Assembly: GCA_964016885.1 (NCBI GenBank) | Contig: OZ024741.1 | Span: forward strand, 371,504,001-371,568,000 | Direction of reading: 5' to 3' | From: Eledone cirrhosa | Taxonomy: Eukaryota | Length of the DNA stretch: 64,000 nt | Shown here: one piece after another, positions 13,636 to 29,200 of the stretch | How positions within the stretch are numbered: the first letter of the stretch is position 1 | How the letters are laid out: each line of letters starts with the position of its first letter | The notes under the pieces: generated by a model | Told to the model about the DNA's origin: nothing | Database searches by the model: none | What the model saw: the letters and a program-made list of their open reading frames with translations, nothing else | Made by a program: the position numbers and the translations under genes

Positions 13636-14269
13636 TAGATATAGATAGATTGATAGATAGATAGATAGATAGATGAAGGGAAAAGAGAGAAAGAGAGGGA
13701 GGGAGGGAGAGAGGGAGGGAGGGATGGTTATATTTTTTCGCACTTTTACTTGTTTCTGTGTTTGCGTCCATGCTATATATGTATATATATATATATATAT
13801 ATGTGTGTGCATGTGTGTGTGTGTGTGTGCGTATATATATGTGTGTGTGTATATATATACACAAATGTTTATATGTATATATAGAGAATGTATATATGTA
13901 TATATAGGTTGTATGTGTGTATGAATGTAAGAGGGGGAACAGTAGAATTGGCAGCTAGCCAAGCATTACAAGAGTCTAACAATATGTAGATGTAAGTCTC
14001 CAATGCCCTACTTCTGCAGATTTATCTCCCCTACCACTACCCTCTCTGACAATACCGTCTATCGTACGTCTAATGGTTTGCTTTCTCATCAACCATCGCC
14101 CCTCTATCACTGCCACCCTCCAACTTATTGCATGCAGTAGTTTACTCCACCGCTACCTTGCTTAATGTCTGCTACAGATGATGCCCCACACTGCTATTAC
14201 GTGCATTAATAAGTCCCTCGTCCCCCCTCATCCCCTGCGTCCCACACCCTCGTCCTCTTATCATCTTGC

Positions 14270-15005
14270 ACATAGACAACATATATACACATATATACAC
14301 ATATATACACATATATACACATATATACACATATATACACATATATACACACAGACAACATATATACACATATATACACATAGACAACATATATACACAT
14401 ATATACACATAGACAACATATATACACATATATACACATATATACACATAGACAACATATATACACATATATACACATATATACACATATATACACATAG
14501 ACAACATAGACAACATATATACACATATATACACATATATACACATAGACATCATATATACACATATATACACATATATATACATATATACACACAGACA
14601 ACATATATACACATATATACACATATATACACATATATACACATATATACACATAGACAACATAGACAACATATATACACATATATACACATATATACAC
14701 ATAGACAACATATATACACATATATACACATATATACACACAGACAACATATATACACATATATACACATATATGCACATATATACATAGATATACACAT
14801 ATATACACATAGAAAACATATATACACATATATATAGATATATGCACATATATACACATATATACACATATATACACATATATACACATATATGCACATA
14901 TATACATAGATATACACATATATACACATAGAAAACATATATACACATATATATAGATATATGCACATATATACATATATATACACATATATACACATAT
15001 ACATG
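14270..15005. repeat. Decamer satellite (ACACATATAT)n with AGACAAC variants
   Basis: Direct inspection. Confidence 0.9.
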
Positions 15006-15059
15006 GATATACACCCACACAGTTCATACCACCCAGCAACTTTCGTTAATGTATGTACG

Positions 15060-16520
<1,461 letters not shown>

Positions 16521-17730
16521 AGTATGTCCTGGAATAGGATGGACTGTCAAACATTTGTCGGGTTTCTTCAAGAATTGCGATAGATGCGACATCACTATCA
16601 AATGTAAGGAAAGCATCAAAAACATCAAACCCAAATACATATAGACACACAGACACACGCAGACACTGACACACACACAGACGCTCACACACACACACAC
16701 ACACACACAGCATATTATATACTCTGCGCGCTATACACTACTTTAACATCAATCCGACAAACACGTGAAAAACCCTGTTTGCCATCTAGAAATTTCAGCA
16801 TTGTGTCGGGGCATCTAAAGCCTGTTTCTTGTTTTTTCGGGGTTCCATCGCCCCAAACACTATTATTGTTTCTTTGTCCAGACGTGGGGACGCCATTTTC
16901 ATTACCATCAAAATTCCTTCTGTCTCAGAGAAACGCTACGCGAATTGATAATATCAACATTGACTGTATGACTAGCTATTATTTCACATAACATACTTAT
17001 GTTGTTGTTGTTTTTCTTTCAAGCCATCCCAAACTAAATCATTTCCTTTTAATCATTTTAAGCTGACATTATTTTTAAAACAGAAAATGGTTCAAGTTCA
17101 CTGAAGATGCTTGGCTGTCTTTGTTTTGTTTTGTTCTCTTTTCTTTTGTTGTTTGTTATTGTTGTCTTCTGATTTTAGTTATTTTCGGTAAAACCTATAT
17201 TTTCGTACAATAGTTTCGAAATAACTGGTAAAATCACAAAAATTTATTAATGGCAAAGTGAAAGGTAATTATCATAAGTTTTCCTCCTCCTCCTCCTCAT
17301 CATCATCATCATCAACCACAGCAGTAACAGATGACCACGAACGTCTTCTACACTGCTTTTTTTTTTTTTTTTTTTCTTAACCAGTTGTGGTCCTGTGGTC
17401 GGGTGATTAGCCCTAGCAATCAGTGAGATTTGAACTCCTTAGGCAAAATTTGAACTCAGAACGCAAGGAGCCTGAACAAATATTGATTTATATTTTGAAT
17501 ACAGTATTTCTTATGTGGACGTTATACCACCCCAAGAACGAAACTCTTAAAAAAAATAAAAATCAGTTTCAAAAGATATTTGTTATTATATTTTATAAAT
17601 TCTATAAACTTCCAGCAATCCAATAACTCTCAAAATAACTCCCGAATTTCTACAGTTACTGTTATTGATATATTTTCGCTTATCATTTATAATTTTTAGA
17701 TCTCATATAGGCGAATGGGCAGAGTCGGTA

Positions 17731-18040
17731 AAGGCGGGGGAATTGGCAGACTAGTTATGGCATCAGGTAGAATATTTTGCAGTATCTACTCTGGCTCTTT
17801 GTGATTTGAGTTCAAATGTCTCCGGTGACAACTTTGCATTTCATTCATTCAGAATCGATAAAATAATGTACCAATCCAAAGTGATAGATGGTGGAATTGT
17901 GAGAGTGCCGTCGTACGAGATGCTTTTGCAGCATTTGTCTTCTGTCTCTTTACATTCTGAGTTTAAATCCCACCGAGGTTAACTCAGTCTTTCATTCTTC
18001 TAGGGTCGATAAAATAAAGTACCAGTCAAGTATTGGGTTT
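17731..18040 (+). mobile_element. Two tandem copies of a tRNA-derived SINE with Nin-like core
   Basis: ggcgg..aattggcaga...ttctgagttcaaat (B-box-like)...gaggttaact..ctttcattcttc.agggtcgataaaataaagtaccagtcaagta. Confidence 0.75.
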
Positions 18041-18169
18041 GATATTTTTTATTGATTTTGCTTGTATTTAAAATATAAATCAATATTTGTTCAGGCTCTT
18101 TGCGTTCTGAGTTCAAAAGTTTATATTTTGTTTTACACATGTCTTCTTTTAAGAGATATCTATTATTTT

Positions 18170-18355
18170 TATTGTTGTACTTTTGGGAGGGTCACGCTGC
18201 CAATAAAAACACACGCACCTGTTGATTTCACTTCAATTCTTTTTTATAAATTTCCGGTTGGCTGGCTGGTTGGTTCGATAACCGGATGGTTGTTTATATA
18301 CTGTCAAATCTCTTTCGTCACACATTCTGTGACATCCTCAGTGACTGGGTTATTA
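18170..18355 (-). mobile_element. Solo 3' terminal (pLTR) fragment of the PLE family at 45615-49100, with hammerhead at 18303-18345
   Basis: Matches 45615-45800; minus strand reads gtca-CTGAGGA-tGTCACA gaatg TGTGAC-GAAA-gaga-TT-tgac. Confidence 0.8.
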
Positions 18356-19919
18356 TTTTTACCTTTACGTCAATAAGTAAACAATCTTAAATATGGAACC
18401 AAATCAAGGACGGCGATGAATTTGTTTTGCAAGGTTTTTTATATGAAATCGTGTTTTGAAATAAATATTGTTATATATTGTTATAATATTGCCAGAAATA
18501 TATAGTAAGACAAACTCACTCTCTGACTTGAGTTAGTTTTCGCTTCAGTATAGTTTATATTTCTATAATTAATTCAGCTGGCAACCAATGTTTCTCATTG
18601 ATTGATCAACAGTTAGAAATATAGATATAAATATAGTTTCTCAGAGTTCTTTCGTCACACACCTGTGACATCATTGATATTATTACGTTTCCTCTCGTTA
18701 TTATTCTGTAGGTGTACGACTACGGTTGTAAAGTTTCGATAAATCTTAATAAACTGTACATTTTTGCTTATATCAGATGAAAGTGCAAATAGCGAACTGA
18801 AACCCTCAGTCTCAGTGAATGAAGTATAGTAGCTGTCCCACTGGACTATGTCTTCTAAAAAGAAATATATTAGTAATTTTTTTTATCACCCAATTACCTT
18901 ACGAACAATATGAATTGTATAAATAATGAATCTATGTCTTTGATTTCCTTCCATAATTTATTAGTCAATTGTCTTATGTTGTGGGTCGAAAATTATTTCT
19001 GGTAGTTATACTGACTCTGTGTAGGATCAACGTTAATTAAATAATGGGGTTGTGGTCACTGCAGAGTAATCTAGAAACTACGTAATATGTGGGCTGGAGC
19101 TTGATTAGATCCGTTTCCCTCACCAATAATTGGTGCAGGCTGGTTGTAGTTTTAGTAGGAGGGTCGGGGTATGGTTTTCAAGAACGTGCTTGAATATAAC
19201 TTTATGCCTTGTGTGGTATATGTCTGGTGGGTGCGGTTGGTTATAGAATTTCGGATTGCGTTTGCTTCAGTTCATGTATTACATTGGATTGATGTAGATT
19301 TGTTTATGTTCAAGTTAAAGTGATTGACAGTCATAGCTATATATATGTTATATCTTTGATTCTGTTCTGTAATTGTATAAAAAAAAAAAGTGTTTACATT
19401 ATATTTTTGATTCTATAGAAATTATAGTTGTAAATAAAAATTGTATACATATATATATATAACATTTTTTTCTTTTGGTTTGTTTTTGTTTCTTTTAAAA
19501 TTTTCAGTGGAAACCAGATCTTTTTGGTGAATCTAATTGGTCGTGACTACAGTCATAATTGCTAACATTAAAAGCTTTAAGTGGTCGCTGAACCTGCGAG
19601 ATAGTACAATTAGCATTTCCATTAACTTAAACCTTGCCATCGTAAAAAAAAAATTGAAGGATATATTACATAACGCAGCTCCAGATACACTACGCTAGAA
19701 AATATAAAATATAATGAGATTGTCATGATTGAAATATGGCTGAACAGGGTGAAACAACAACAATATCAGTAATACCGATGGAGCCTCTGTGGGGCAGCTT
19801 GGCCTGTGAAACATAGTAGTCATATTTCTCTCAAATTACACCCTACCGTTTTAAAGAAATTGAGCACTTTGAATGATGTAGTCCTAGAGACAACATACAT
19901 ATGAGAAGACGGGAATGAG

Positions 19920-20090
19920 CAAAATTGATAAAAATCAACCCCAGTACTTGACTGATATTTCATTTTCTCGATCCCGGAAGGAGGAAATGCAAAGTTAGGC
20001 ACAGTGGGATTTAAACTTAGAACGTAAAAGGCCGAAAATAAATGCTGCAATGCATTTTGAACGACGCTCTACCGATTGTACCAATCCACC
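19920..20090 (-). mobile_element. Nin-core SINE copy
   Basis: ccccagtacttgactg...tcgatcccggaag..gcaaagt...ggatttaaacttagaacgt. Confidence 0.7.
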
Positions 20091-20957
20091 GTACTTTTGC
20101 GTGCCATTAAGAATAACCGAGCTTTGAGCAGTTGAGTGATGTTATGTGAGATTTCACTGTGCCCTTTTCTCTTAATGCAGCTGCTGTATTTGTGTGTAAG
20201 GCGGAGAAAATACCCACGAATTTGGAAAGCCATTTCGTTACTATATTTTTAATGAATATCGCTGACTATAATTTTCAAATTATTTTGGTATTTGGAGAGA
20301 TTTAGTATTATAAGTAACTTTCAATAAAATTATCACGAAATGTTTTTAGATAAATATAAACGCTATAAAACAAACATCTTTGTCTTACTGAACCGGGGAT
20401 GGTTTCTGACAGGTTGGTATCAAAAGGGTTAACTTCTCTGCAAACATATGTTGTAGAGTACCTACATTCCTCTATAAATACCACTATGATGATGTCTTCC
20501 TGTATGGTTTCTCAAGTCAATTCCAACACAAATTTGGATCGACATTTTTTACTACTTGATTGAATAAACGAAGAACATCGAGGATTGCCATACAATACGG
20601 TTTCGACCATATAGAGTGGCTCATATAAAGAGCTGTATATGGAGTGTTGCATACGGAAGGCCTGCTCAGTATAGATCATGGATTTACTGAAGCAATGAGA
20701 GTGTTTTTCTATCTTATATATAATGTAACATGGGTTGCATAGCACTGACAGTTTTGGGCTGGTAGTGGAACATGTGTCATTACAATGTCATATTGATAGA
20801 GTATTTAGAGGTCACACAGCACAAAGACGGAGGTAGTGTAACGTTAACAGTGTCTTGTTGGTAGTGTAACAGAATATATGTCATTACACTGTCATAATAA
20901 TAGTGTATTTAGAGGTCACACAGCTCAGAGGCAAGGGTGATGTATCACTGACCATAT

Positions 20958-21420
20958 AGAGGCAGAGTCGTTAGAAAGTTGGACTAATGCTTAGCAGTAT
21001 TTATTCTGACTCTTTACCTTCTGAATTCAAATTCTGAGTGGCTCACTTTGCCTTTTATCCTTCCAACATCGATAACATAGAGTACCTGCACCCCCACCCC
21101 ACAAGAAATTGCCGGCCCTGTGCCAACATTAGAAGCAATATATTATAACATGAAAATGACAGCCAAACATAAATTTGGGGCGGGGGGGGGGGGGGGGAAT
21201 ATTTCTAATTTAGGCACAAGGTCAGCAATTTGAGGGTGCGGCAAAGTTGATTATGTTGATCCCTGTACTTGACTGGTACTTTATTTTATTGATCCTGGAA
21301 GAATGAAAGACAATGTTGACCTCAGTGGAATTTGAACTGAGAACGTTAAAGAGACGTAACTAATTGCTACAACTAATTGCATTTTGACTAACGTTCTAAC
21401 GATTGTACCAATCCGCGGTC
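20958..21420. mobile_element. Two Nin-core SINE copies, tail to tail (20958-21135 plus, about 21200-21420 minus)
   Basis: Same diagnostic core in opposite orientations. Confidence 0.65.
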
Positions 21421-22210
21421 TTTGCGAGGGGAAAATTAATTATAATCAACCACAAATATTATTTTCATTTTTAGGCAAGTACGACACATTTAGACCCTGT
21501 TTTAACATCATCAGTTAAGCATAGTAAGGATCACTGTTGCTCTCAAAGTACTGATGAGAAAATTACTAAGTATATGCACAGAATTTTACAATGATTATCG
21601 TACAGAAATAGAAACATCACTGTATAACTTAACTGGTTTAATGCAGATGGCATCTGTGAATTATTTACTCTTTAACCCTTCAGCATTTAAACCAGAATTC
21701 TCTCACCTTTTTCTGTTCAAACCATCTGTAACTAGCCACTTATACTGATGTTAAGGTATTGTTCTCAAAATAAATAATATCAAAATCTCATAGATTCGAT
21801 ATTATGTGAGATATTATGTGAGACAAAGCTTTTATCATGAAAATGCAATAATATATATAGAGTAATGTAAATGTTAAATGGTTAAACAATTCTATTTTCC
21901 CATACAATCCAATGTACAATATTGTACTTTTAATTCTGTGATTCTTCCAACACCCTTTCCGCAAATGCATGGAAGGTTATGTTTTGCTAACAAGGCCTTA
22001 ATAACACTCAAACATGCCCCAAGTTATATTCCTTACTTGCTAAAACAAATTCTGTAATAAATGTCATAGAATTGTATTTTTTCGTTGCACAATTATTTCT
22101 TGTTAGCTTTCTAGTGTTCACTGAATTATTAAATATGCTACCACTAACTTAACTATTGCTTTTCCTGCGGATGGCGGCCTTTGAATCATGTATTCGGTAA
22201 TAGTATAACG

Positions 22211-22411
22211 CAGGCATGTCAAACTGAGTGTCCTCTGAGGGCCACATGGGTCACATATGTGTTGTCCCAGGGCCACACACGACAACTAATTGCGCACATT
22301 TCAACTAATTCCTTGTATTTTATATTACGAAAATAAAACATGCTCGTGCTGTTAAAACCTTTGTGCGGGCCGCATATGTGCTTGTAAAAGGCCGCATGTT
22401 TGACATGCCTG
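22211..22411. mobile_element. hAT (Charlie/SPIN-like) MITE
   Basis: Perfect 14-bp TIRs CAGGCATGTCAAAC / GTTTGACATGCCTG; perfect 8-bp TSD GTATAACG (22203-22210, 22412-22419); subterminal GGCCGC motifs. Confidence 0.93.
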
Positions 22412-22679
22412 GTATAACGTATGTACTATAACACAAATCTTAAATGTTGTGTAGGTCGGAGAGACTGATAGTGTAACACTGGGAGGATTCACTATCTGTT
22501 GTTATACTGTCAGTACTTACAACAGAGCTGATGTAACACTGACAATTAACACTGCCAGTGTAACACTAGTGATGTAACATTAATGTTACACTGGAGTTAA
22601 CTATCCGTTGTTACTCTGTCAGTAGTTACGAGAGAGATAATGTAATACCGAGATTAACTTTGTAGTTACACTGTCAGCG

Positions 22680-23900
22680 CTTACTTACACTGCCAAGGTT
22701 TACACTGCCAAGGCTTACACTGCCAAGGCTTACACTGCCAAGGCTTACTTACACTGTCGAGACTTTCACTGCCATAGCATGCATACAGTCAGGGCTTACC
22801 TACACTTGCGGGTCTTACTAATATTGTCATGGCTGACTTACACTGCTAAGGCTTATACTGTCATAGCATACTTACACTGTCAGGGCTTATTAATACTGTC
22901 CGTACTTACACTGCGAGTGCTTACTAACATTGTCCGAACTGACACTGCCAGTGTTTACTTACACTGTCAGAGCTTATTAATACTGTCCGTACTTACACTG
23001 CGAGTGCTTACTAACACTGTCCGAACTTACACTGCCAGTGTTTACTTACACTGTCAGAGCTTACTAATACTGTCAGGACTTACACTGCGAGTGCTTACTA
23101 ACATTGTCCGAACTGACACTGCCAGTGTTTACTTACACTGTCAGAGCTTACTAATACTGTCAGGACTTACACTGCGAGTGCTTACTAACATTGTCCGAAC
23201 TGACACTGTCAGTGTTTACTTACACTGTCAGAGCTTACTAATACTGTCCGGACTTACACTGCGAGTGCTTACTAACATTGTCCGAACTTACACTGCCAGT
23301 GTTTACTTACACTGTCAGAGCTTACTAATACTGTCTGGACTTACACTGCGAGTGCTTACTAACATTGTCCGAACTGACACTGTCAGTGTTTACTTACACT
23401 GTCAGAGCTTACTAATACTGTCCGGACTTACACTGCGAGTGCTTACTAACATTGTCCGAACTTACACTGTCAGTGTTTACTTACACTGTCAGAGCTTACT
23501 AATACTGTCCGGACTTACACTGCGAGTGCTTACTAACATTGTCCGAACTTACACTGCCAGTGTTTACTTACACTGTCAGAGCTTACTAATACTGTCCGGA
23601 CTTACACTGCGAGTGCTTACTAACATTGTCCGAACTGACACTGTCAGTGTTTACTTACACTGTCAGAGCTTACTAATACTGTCCGGACTTACACTGCGAG
23701 TGCTTACTAACATTGTCCGAACTTACACTGCCAGTGTTTACTTACACTGTCAGAGCTTACTAATACTGTCCGGACTTACACTGCGAGTGCTTACTAACAT
23801 TGTCCGAACTTACACTGTCAGTGTTTACTTACACTGTCAGAGTCCACACTGCCATGGCTTGCTTACACTGCCAGTACTTACAATGTCAGTACTTACTTAA
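22680..23900. repeat. 87-bp minisatellite (about 11 copies, 22870-23845) built from about 14-15-bp cttacactg subunits
   Basis: 29-codon periodicity of ORF 22779-23900; degenerate monomeric subunits on both flanks. Confidence 0.92.
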
Positions 23901-24800
23901 ACTGCTAATATTAAACATTATTCTTGTAATAATAACTATTACATGTTAGTATTACATATGTACAAGCAGTGTTCTCCTCTGAAAGCCCGCCTCAGTTGAA
24001 AACAGAAAGGTATACTGCCAAAAGAATTAACCGTCTCTGGTAACAAATTCTACAACTGTTCATAATAAAACACGCTCCTGGGAAAACTCCATTTTCACAT
24101 CTACCCAAACACACTGGGGTGTCCTCTTTTATCTCGTTTATTTACACACAGCTTGAGGTAAACTGGGAGACAGAAGCAGGAAAACAGAAAGTGGGAGATA
24201 GAGAGAGTGAGAGAGAAACATATTGATAGACATAAAATTATGGCGAGTGCCAATAGATAGAAAGACAGAGCAATTGATGAATTGAAGGGGGCGAGAGAGC
24301 AGAGAGAGAGGGGTGGGGTGAAAAGGTAGGAGAAAGAGAAAAGTATATAAACAGATACACTGATACTGAGAAACATTAAAAAAAAGGCTATGGACTAGGA
24401 GATAGACAAGAAGAGAACGAGAGAGAGATAGAGACTGAGGTAGAAACACAATCAATGATGGCTAGAGAGAATGTTGTAAACATATATATAGAGAGGGGGT
24501 TGTGTAAGAGAGAGTGCGAGAGAGAGAAGTATAATGAAAGAAACAATACATAGATATATAAACGTGCAAAGAAACTGACGCTTCGTAAGAGGAGGGGGGA
24601 GAAGGGGAGAGGGTGAAAGAGGGAGGGGGGAGAAGGGGAGAGGGGGAAATATGGAGGGTGGGGGGGAGAAGGGGAGGGGGTAAATAGGGAGGGGGGGTAG
24701 AGATGGGAGAACGGGGAGAGAGGGGCCGGTGAAAAAGACGAAGTTAGAGAAAAGAAATAAAGAAGCATATGCAGACATATATTGAAGGGGTACAAATCAT

Positions 24801-24841
<41 letters not shown>

Positions 24842-24842
<1 letters not shown>

Positions 24843-24960
24843 GTAGAGTCCCGACGGCTGAGCTCTTGCCGTTTCGACAGTAAATAACAGATTCTACTAT
24901 CCCAAGTTTCAAGTACTCTGCTGAATAATGGTCTTACTAGTTTAAAACTGGTAAAACCCT
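24842..24960. mobile_element. Diverged family B copy
   Basis: cccgacggctgagctcttgccgtttcgacag...tctactatcccaagtttcaagtactctg. Confidence 0.6.
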
Positions 24961-24967
24961 AACGCCC

Positions 24968-25045
<78 letters not shown>

Positions 25046-25275
25046 AAAGAGAAAGACACATTGAAACAGAAATTCAAGCAAAGAAGATATGCCATGATCA
25101 ACAAACTGGATAAGACAGAAAACAGGGAGACAAGATGTTCAAAGAGAAAGAGGGACAGGCAGCTATATAAATAAGTATATATATACAGTATATATATATA
25201 TATATATAGTAGAAACAGAGGGAGAGGAGGGTTAAAGGAGAAAGAGATTGAAAGAGAAAGAGACAGAGAAAGAGA

Positions 25276-25329
<54 letters not shown>

Positions 25330-25964
25330 GAGAGAGAGAAATTGTCAAGTAAGGTGGAACTCTGGGGAAATGAGCCGTGGCAAAGCATAATTGGAACAAC
25401 AGAGCCACCGTTCATAAGTCGTGGTCCCGTTACTCTCAACTGAAAGTCAAAAATTCTTATATTTTTGTCAGCAAATGTTTGAAGCGAATCTTCTCCCATA
25501 TAAAACTGATGTTTCGTCCCAGCAGGAATGGCATACATGTTCTGGGAGATGGCCATCTCTTCTGACCTGAACACTCTATATATGGGAAAACAGATTCACA
25601 TGAAAATGTCGGCGGAGACAGAAATGGTGAAATTGTTTAATCAGACGAATGAAAGATATTTTGAGAAGATATAATGGATGGTTTAGCTTCTCCTGTTCAG
25701 TTGCGTCAAGCCAAGACATACAACGAACAATGTTACCGTGGAATGTCAATGTATTAAGTTTTAACTCTGGAATCTCTATTTCATATTGCATTCATGGTCT
25801 GGTAACTTAAGAGGGAGACGCAGGGGCACCATATTGAAATACGGTCTTTCTAGAACATTTTAAGACCCGTCGAAGCCCATCTCCTCTCCAGGTCTGAACA
25901 CAGCAAATTTCTCCCAGAGAAGGATAGAGTGTGAAAGAGAAGAAATGAGAAAGAAACAGAGGAG

Positions 25965-26125
25965 GAATCGACCCCAACATTGAACTGATAATTTAGTTAT
26001 CGACCTCAAAAGGATAAAAGGCAAAGTTGACCACACTGGGATTTGAACTCAGAAAGCAAAGAGCCGGAATGAATTCCGCAAAACACAGTATCCGGCGTTC
26101 TAACGACTCTGCCAATTCACCGACC
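25965..26125 (-). mobile_element. Nin-core SINE copy
   Basis: tatcgacctcaaaaggataaaaggcaaagttgacc...atttgaactcagaa...gactctgccaattcaccg. Confidence 0.75.
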
Positions 26126-26244
26126 TGCTATTTCGTATGACATTTGACTATAAAGGCAGTGAATTGGAAGATTTGGAAGAATTGCTGGCCTTGGACCTAA
26201 ATTAGAAATCATACTACAATTGACTATGATACGATCTGTGTGTG

Positions 26245-29200
26245 TATAGTGTAGTGTAGTATAGTGGGGTGTAGTGTAGTGGGGATTAGTGTAGTGTAGT
26301 GGGTGTAGTGTAGTGCAGTGGGGAGTAGTGTAGTGTAGTGTAGTGTAGTGGGGTGTAGTGTAGTGTAGTGTAATGGGGTGTAGTGTAGTGTAGTGGGGAG
26401 TAGTGTACTGTAGTGGTGTGTAGTGTAGTGTAGTGGGGTGTAGTGTAGTGTAGTGGGGTGTAGTGTAGTGTGGTGTAGTGTAGTGGGAATTAGTGTAGTG
26501 TAGTGTAGTGTAGTGTAGTGGGGTGTAGTGTAGTGTAGTGGGGAGTAGTGTAATGTAGTGTAGTTTAGTGGGGAGTAGTAAAGTGTAGTGTAGTGTAGTG
26601 TAGTGTAGTGTAGTGTAGTGTAGTGTAGTGTAGTGTAGTGTAGTGGGTGTAGTGTGGTGTAGTTAGGTGTTGTGTGGTGTAGTGTAGTGGGGAGTAGTAA
26701 AGTGTAGTGTAGTGGGTGTAGTGTAGTGTAGTGAGGTGTAGTGATGTATAGTGTAGTGTAGTGGGAGTAGTGGAGGGTAGTGGGGAGTAGTGTAATGGGG
26801 TGTAGTGATGTGTAGTGTAGTGAAGTGTAGTGGGGTGTAGTGTAGTGTAGTGGTGAGTAGTGTAGTGTAGTGTAGTGTAGTGTAGTGTAGTGTAGTGGGG
26901 TATAGGATAGTGTGGAGTAGTGTAGTGGGGTGTAGTGTCGTGGGGAGTAGCGTAGTGTAGTGGGGAGTAGTGTAGTGTAGTGTGGTGTAGTGTAGTGTAG
27001 TGTAGTGTAGTGTAGTGGGGAGTAATGTAGTGTAGTGGGGTGTAGTGTAGTGGGGATTAGTGTAGTGTAGTGGGTGTAGTGTAGTGTAGTGTAGTGTAGT
27101 GTAGTGTAGTGTAGTGTAGTGTAGTGTAGTGTAGTGTAGTGTAATGGGGTGTAGTGTAGTGTAGTGGGGAGTAGTGTACTGTAGTGGTGTGTAGTGTAGT
27201 GTAGTGGGGTGTAGTGTAGTGTAGTGGGGTGTAGTGTAGTGTGGTGTAGTGTAGTGGGAATTAGTGTAGTGTAGTGTAGTGTAGTGTAGTGTAGTGTAGT
27301 GTAGTGTAGTGGGGTGTAGTGTAGTGGGGAGTAGTGTAATGTAGTGTAGTGTAGTGGGGAGAAGTAAAGTGTAGTGTAGTGTAGTGTAGTGTAGTGTAGT
27401 GTAGTGTAGTGTAGTGTAGTGTAGTGTAGTGTAGTGTAGTGGGTGTAGTGTGGTGTAGTTAGGTGTTGTGTGGTGTAGTGTAGTGGGGAGTAGTAAAGTG
27501 TAGTGTAGTGGGTGTACTGTAGTGTAGTGAGGTGTAGTGATGTATAGTGTAGTGTAGTGGGAGTAGTGGAGGGTAGTGGGGAGTAGTGTAATGGGGTGTA
27601 GTGATGTGTAGTGTAGTGTAGTGAAGTGTAGTGGGGTGTAGTGTAGTGTAGTGTAGTGTAGTGTAGTGTAGTGTAGTGTAGTGTAGTGTAGTGTAGTGTA
27701 GTGGGGTATAGGATAGTGTGGAGTAGTGTAGTGGGGTGTAGTGTCGTGGGGAGTAGTGTAGTGTAGTGGGGAGTAGTGTAGTGTAGTGTGGTGTGGTGTG
27801 GTGTAGTGTAGTGTAGTGTAGTGTAGTGTAGTGTAGTGTAGTGTAGTGTAGTGGGGAGTAATGTAGTGTAGTGTAGTGGGGAGTAATGTAGTGTAGTGGG
27901 GTGTAGTGTAGTGGGAATTAGTGTAGTGTAGTGGGTGTAGTGTAGTGCAGTGGGGAGTAGTGTAGTGTAGTGTAGTGTAGTGGGGTGTAGTGTAGTGTAG
28001 TGTAATGGGGTGTAGTGTAGTGTAGTGGGGAGTAGTGTACTGTAGTGGTGTGTAGTGTAGTGTAGTGGGGTGTAGTGTAGTGTAGTGGGGTGTAGTGTAG
28101 TGTGGTGTAGTGTAGTGGGAATTAGTGTAGTGTAGTGTAGTGTAGTGGGGTATAGTGTAGTGTACTGTAGTGGGTGTAGTGTAGTGCAGTGGGGAGTAGT
28201 GTAGTGTAGTGTAGTGGGGAGTAGTGTAGTGGGGAGTAATGTAGTGTAGTGGGGTGTAGTGTAGTGGGGATTAGTGTAGTGTAGTGTAGTGGGTGTAGTG
28301 TAGTGCAGTGGGGAGTAGTGTAGTGTAGTGTAGTGTAGTGGGGTGTAGTGTAGTGTAGTGTAATGGGGTGTAGTGTAGTGGGTGTAATGTAGTGTAGTGG
28401 GGTTTAGTGTAGTGTAGTGTAGTGGGGTGTAGTGTAGTGTAGTGGGGTGTAGTGTAGTGTGGTGTAGTGTAGTGGTGATTAGTGTAGTGTAGTAGGTGTA
28501 GTGTACTGCAGTGGGGAGTAGTGTAGTGTAGTGGGGAGTAGTGTAGTGTAGTGGGAGTAATGTAGTGTAGTGTAGTGTAGTGTAGTGTAGTGTAGTGTAG
28601 TGTAGTGTAGTGTAGTGGGGTGTAGTGTAGTGTGGTGTAGTGTAGTGGGGATTAGTGTAGTGTAGTGTAGTGGGTGTAGTGTAGTGCAGTGGGGAGTAGT
28701 GTCGTGTAGTGGGGAGTAGTGTAGTGTAGTGTAGTGGGGAGTAGTGTAGTGTAGTGGGGAGTAATGTAGTGTAGTGTAGTGGGGTGTAGTGTAGTGGGGG
28801 AGTAATGTAGTGTAGTGTAGTGTAGTGTAGTGTAGTGTAGTGGGGTGTAGTGTAGTGTAGTCGGGTGTAGTGTAGTGTGGTGTAGTGTAGTGGGGATTAG
28901 TGTAGTGTAGTGTAGTGTAGTGGGTGTAGTGTAGTGCAGTGGGGAGTAGTGTAGTGTAGTGTAGTGTGGTGGGGAGTAGTGTAGTGGGGAGTAATGTAGT
29001 GTAGTGTAGTGGGGAGTAATGTAGTGTAGTGGGGTGTAGTGTAGTGGGGATTAGTGTAGTGTAGTGTAGTGGGTGTAGTGTAGTGCAGTGGGGAATAGTG
29101 TAGTGTAGTGTAGTGTAGTGGGGTGTAGTGTAGTGTAATGGGGTGTAGTGTAGTGGGTGTAATGTAGTGTAGTGGGGTTTAGTGTAGTGTAGTGTAGTGG

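Noticed and set aside
17731-17830. tRNA-like A/B boxes
   Set aside because: SINE heads that do not fold into a cloverleaf; not tRNA genes
20520-20620. EEHRGLPYNT resembling a hAT transposase motif
   Set aside because: Too short and interrupted by stops to support a call
20486-21560. TGATGA words as C/D snoRNA boxes or hammerhead cores (20486, 21551)
   Set aside because: No matching D box or terminal stem, and no stem II-GAAA-stem III arrangement
22779-23900. 373-aa repeat ORF, superficially LRR-like or CRISPR-like
   Set aside because: Pure tandem 87-bp repeat with no unique spacers, no cas genes and a eukaryotic context
25470-25575. ZAD-like DGHLPEHVCHSCW motif on the minus strand
   Set aside because: Bounded by stops, and the N-terminal Cys pair is missing; likely chance
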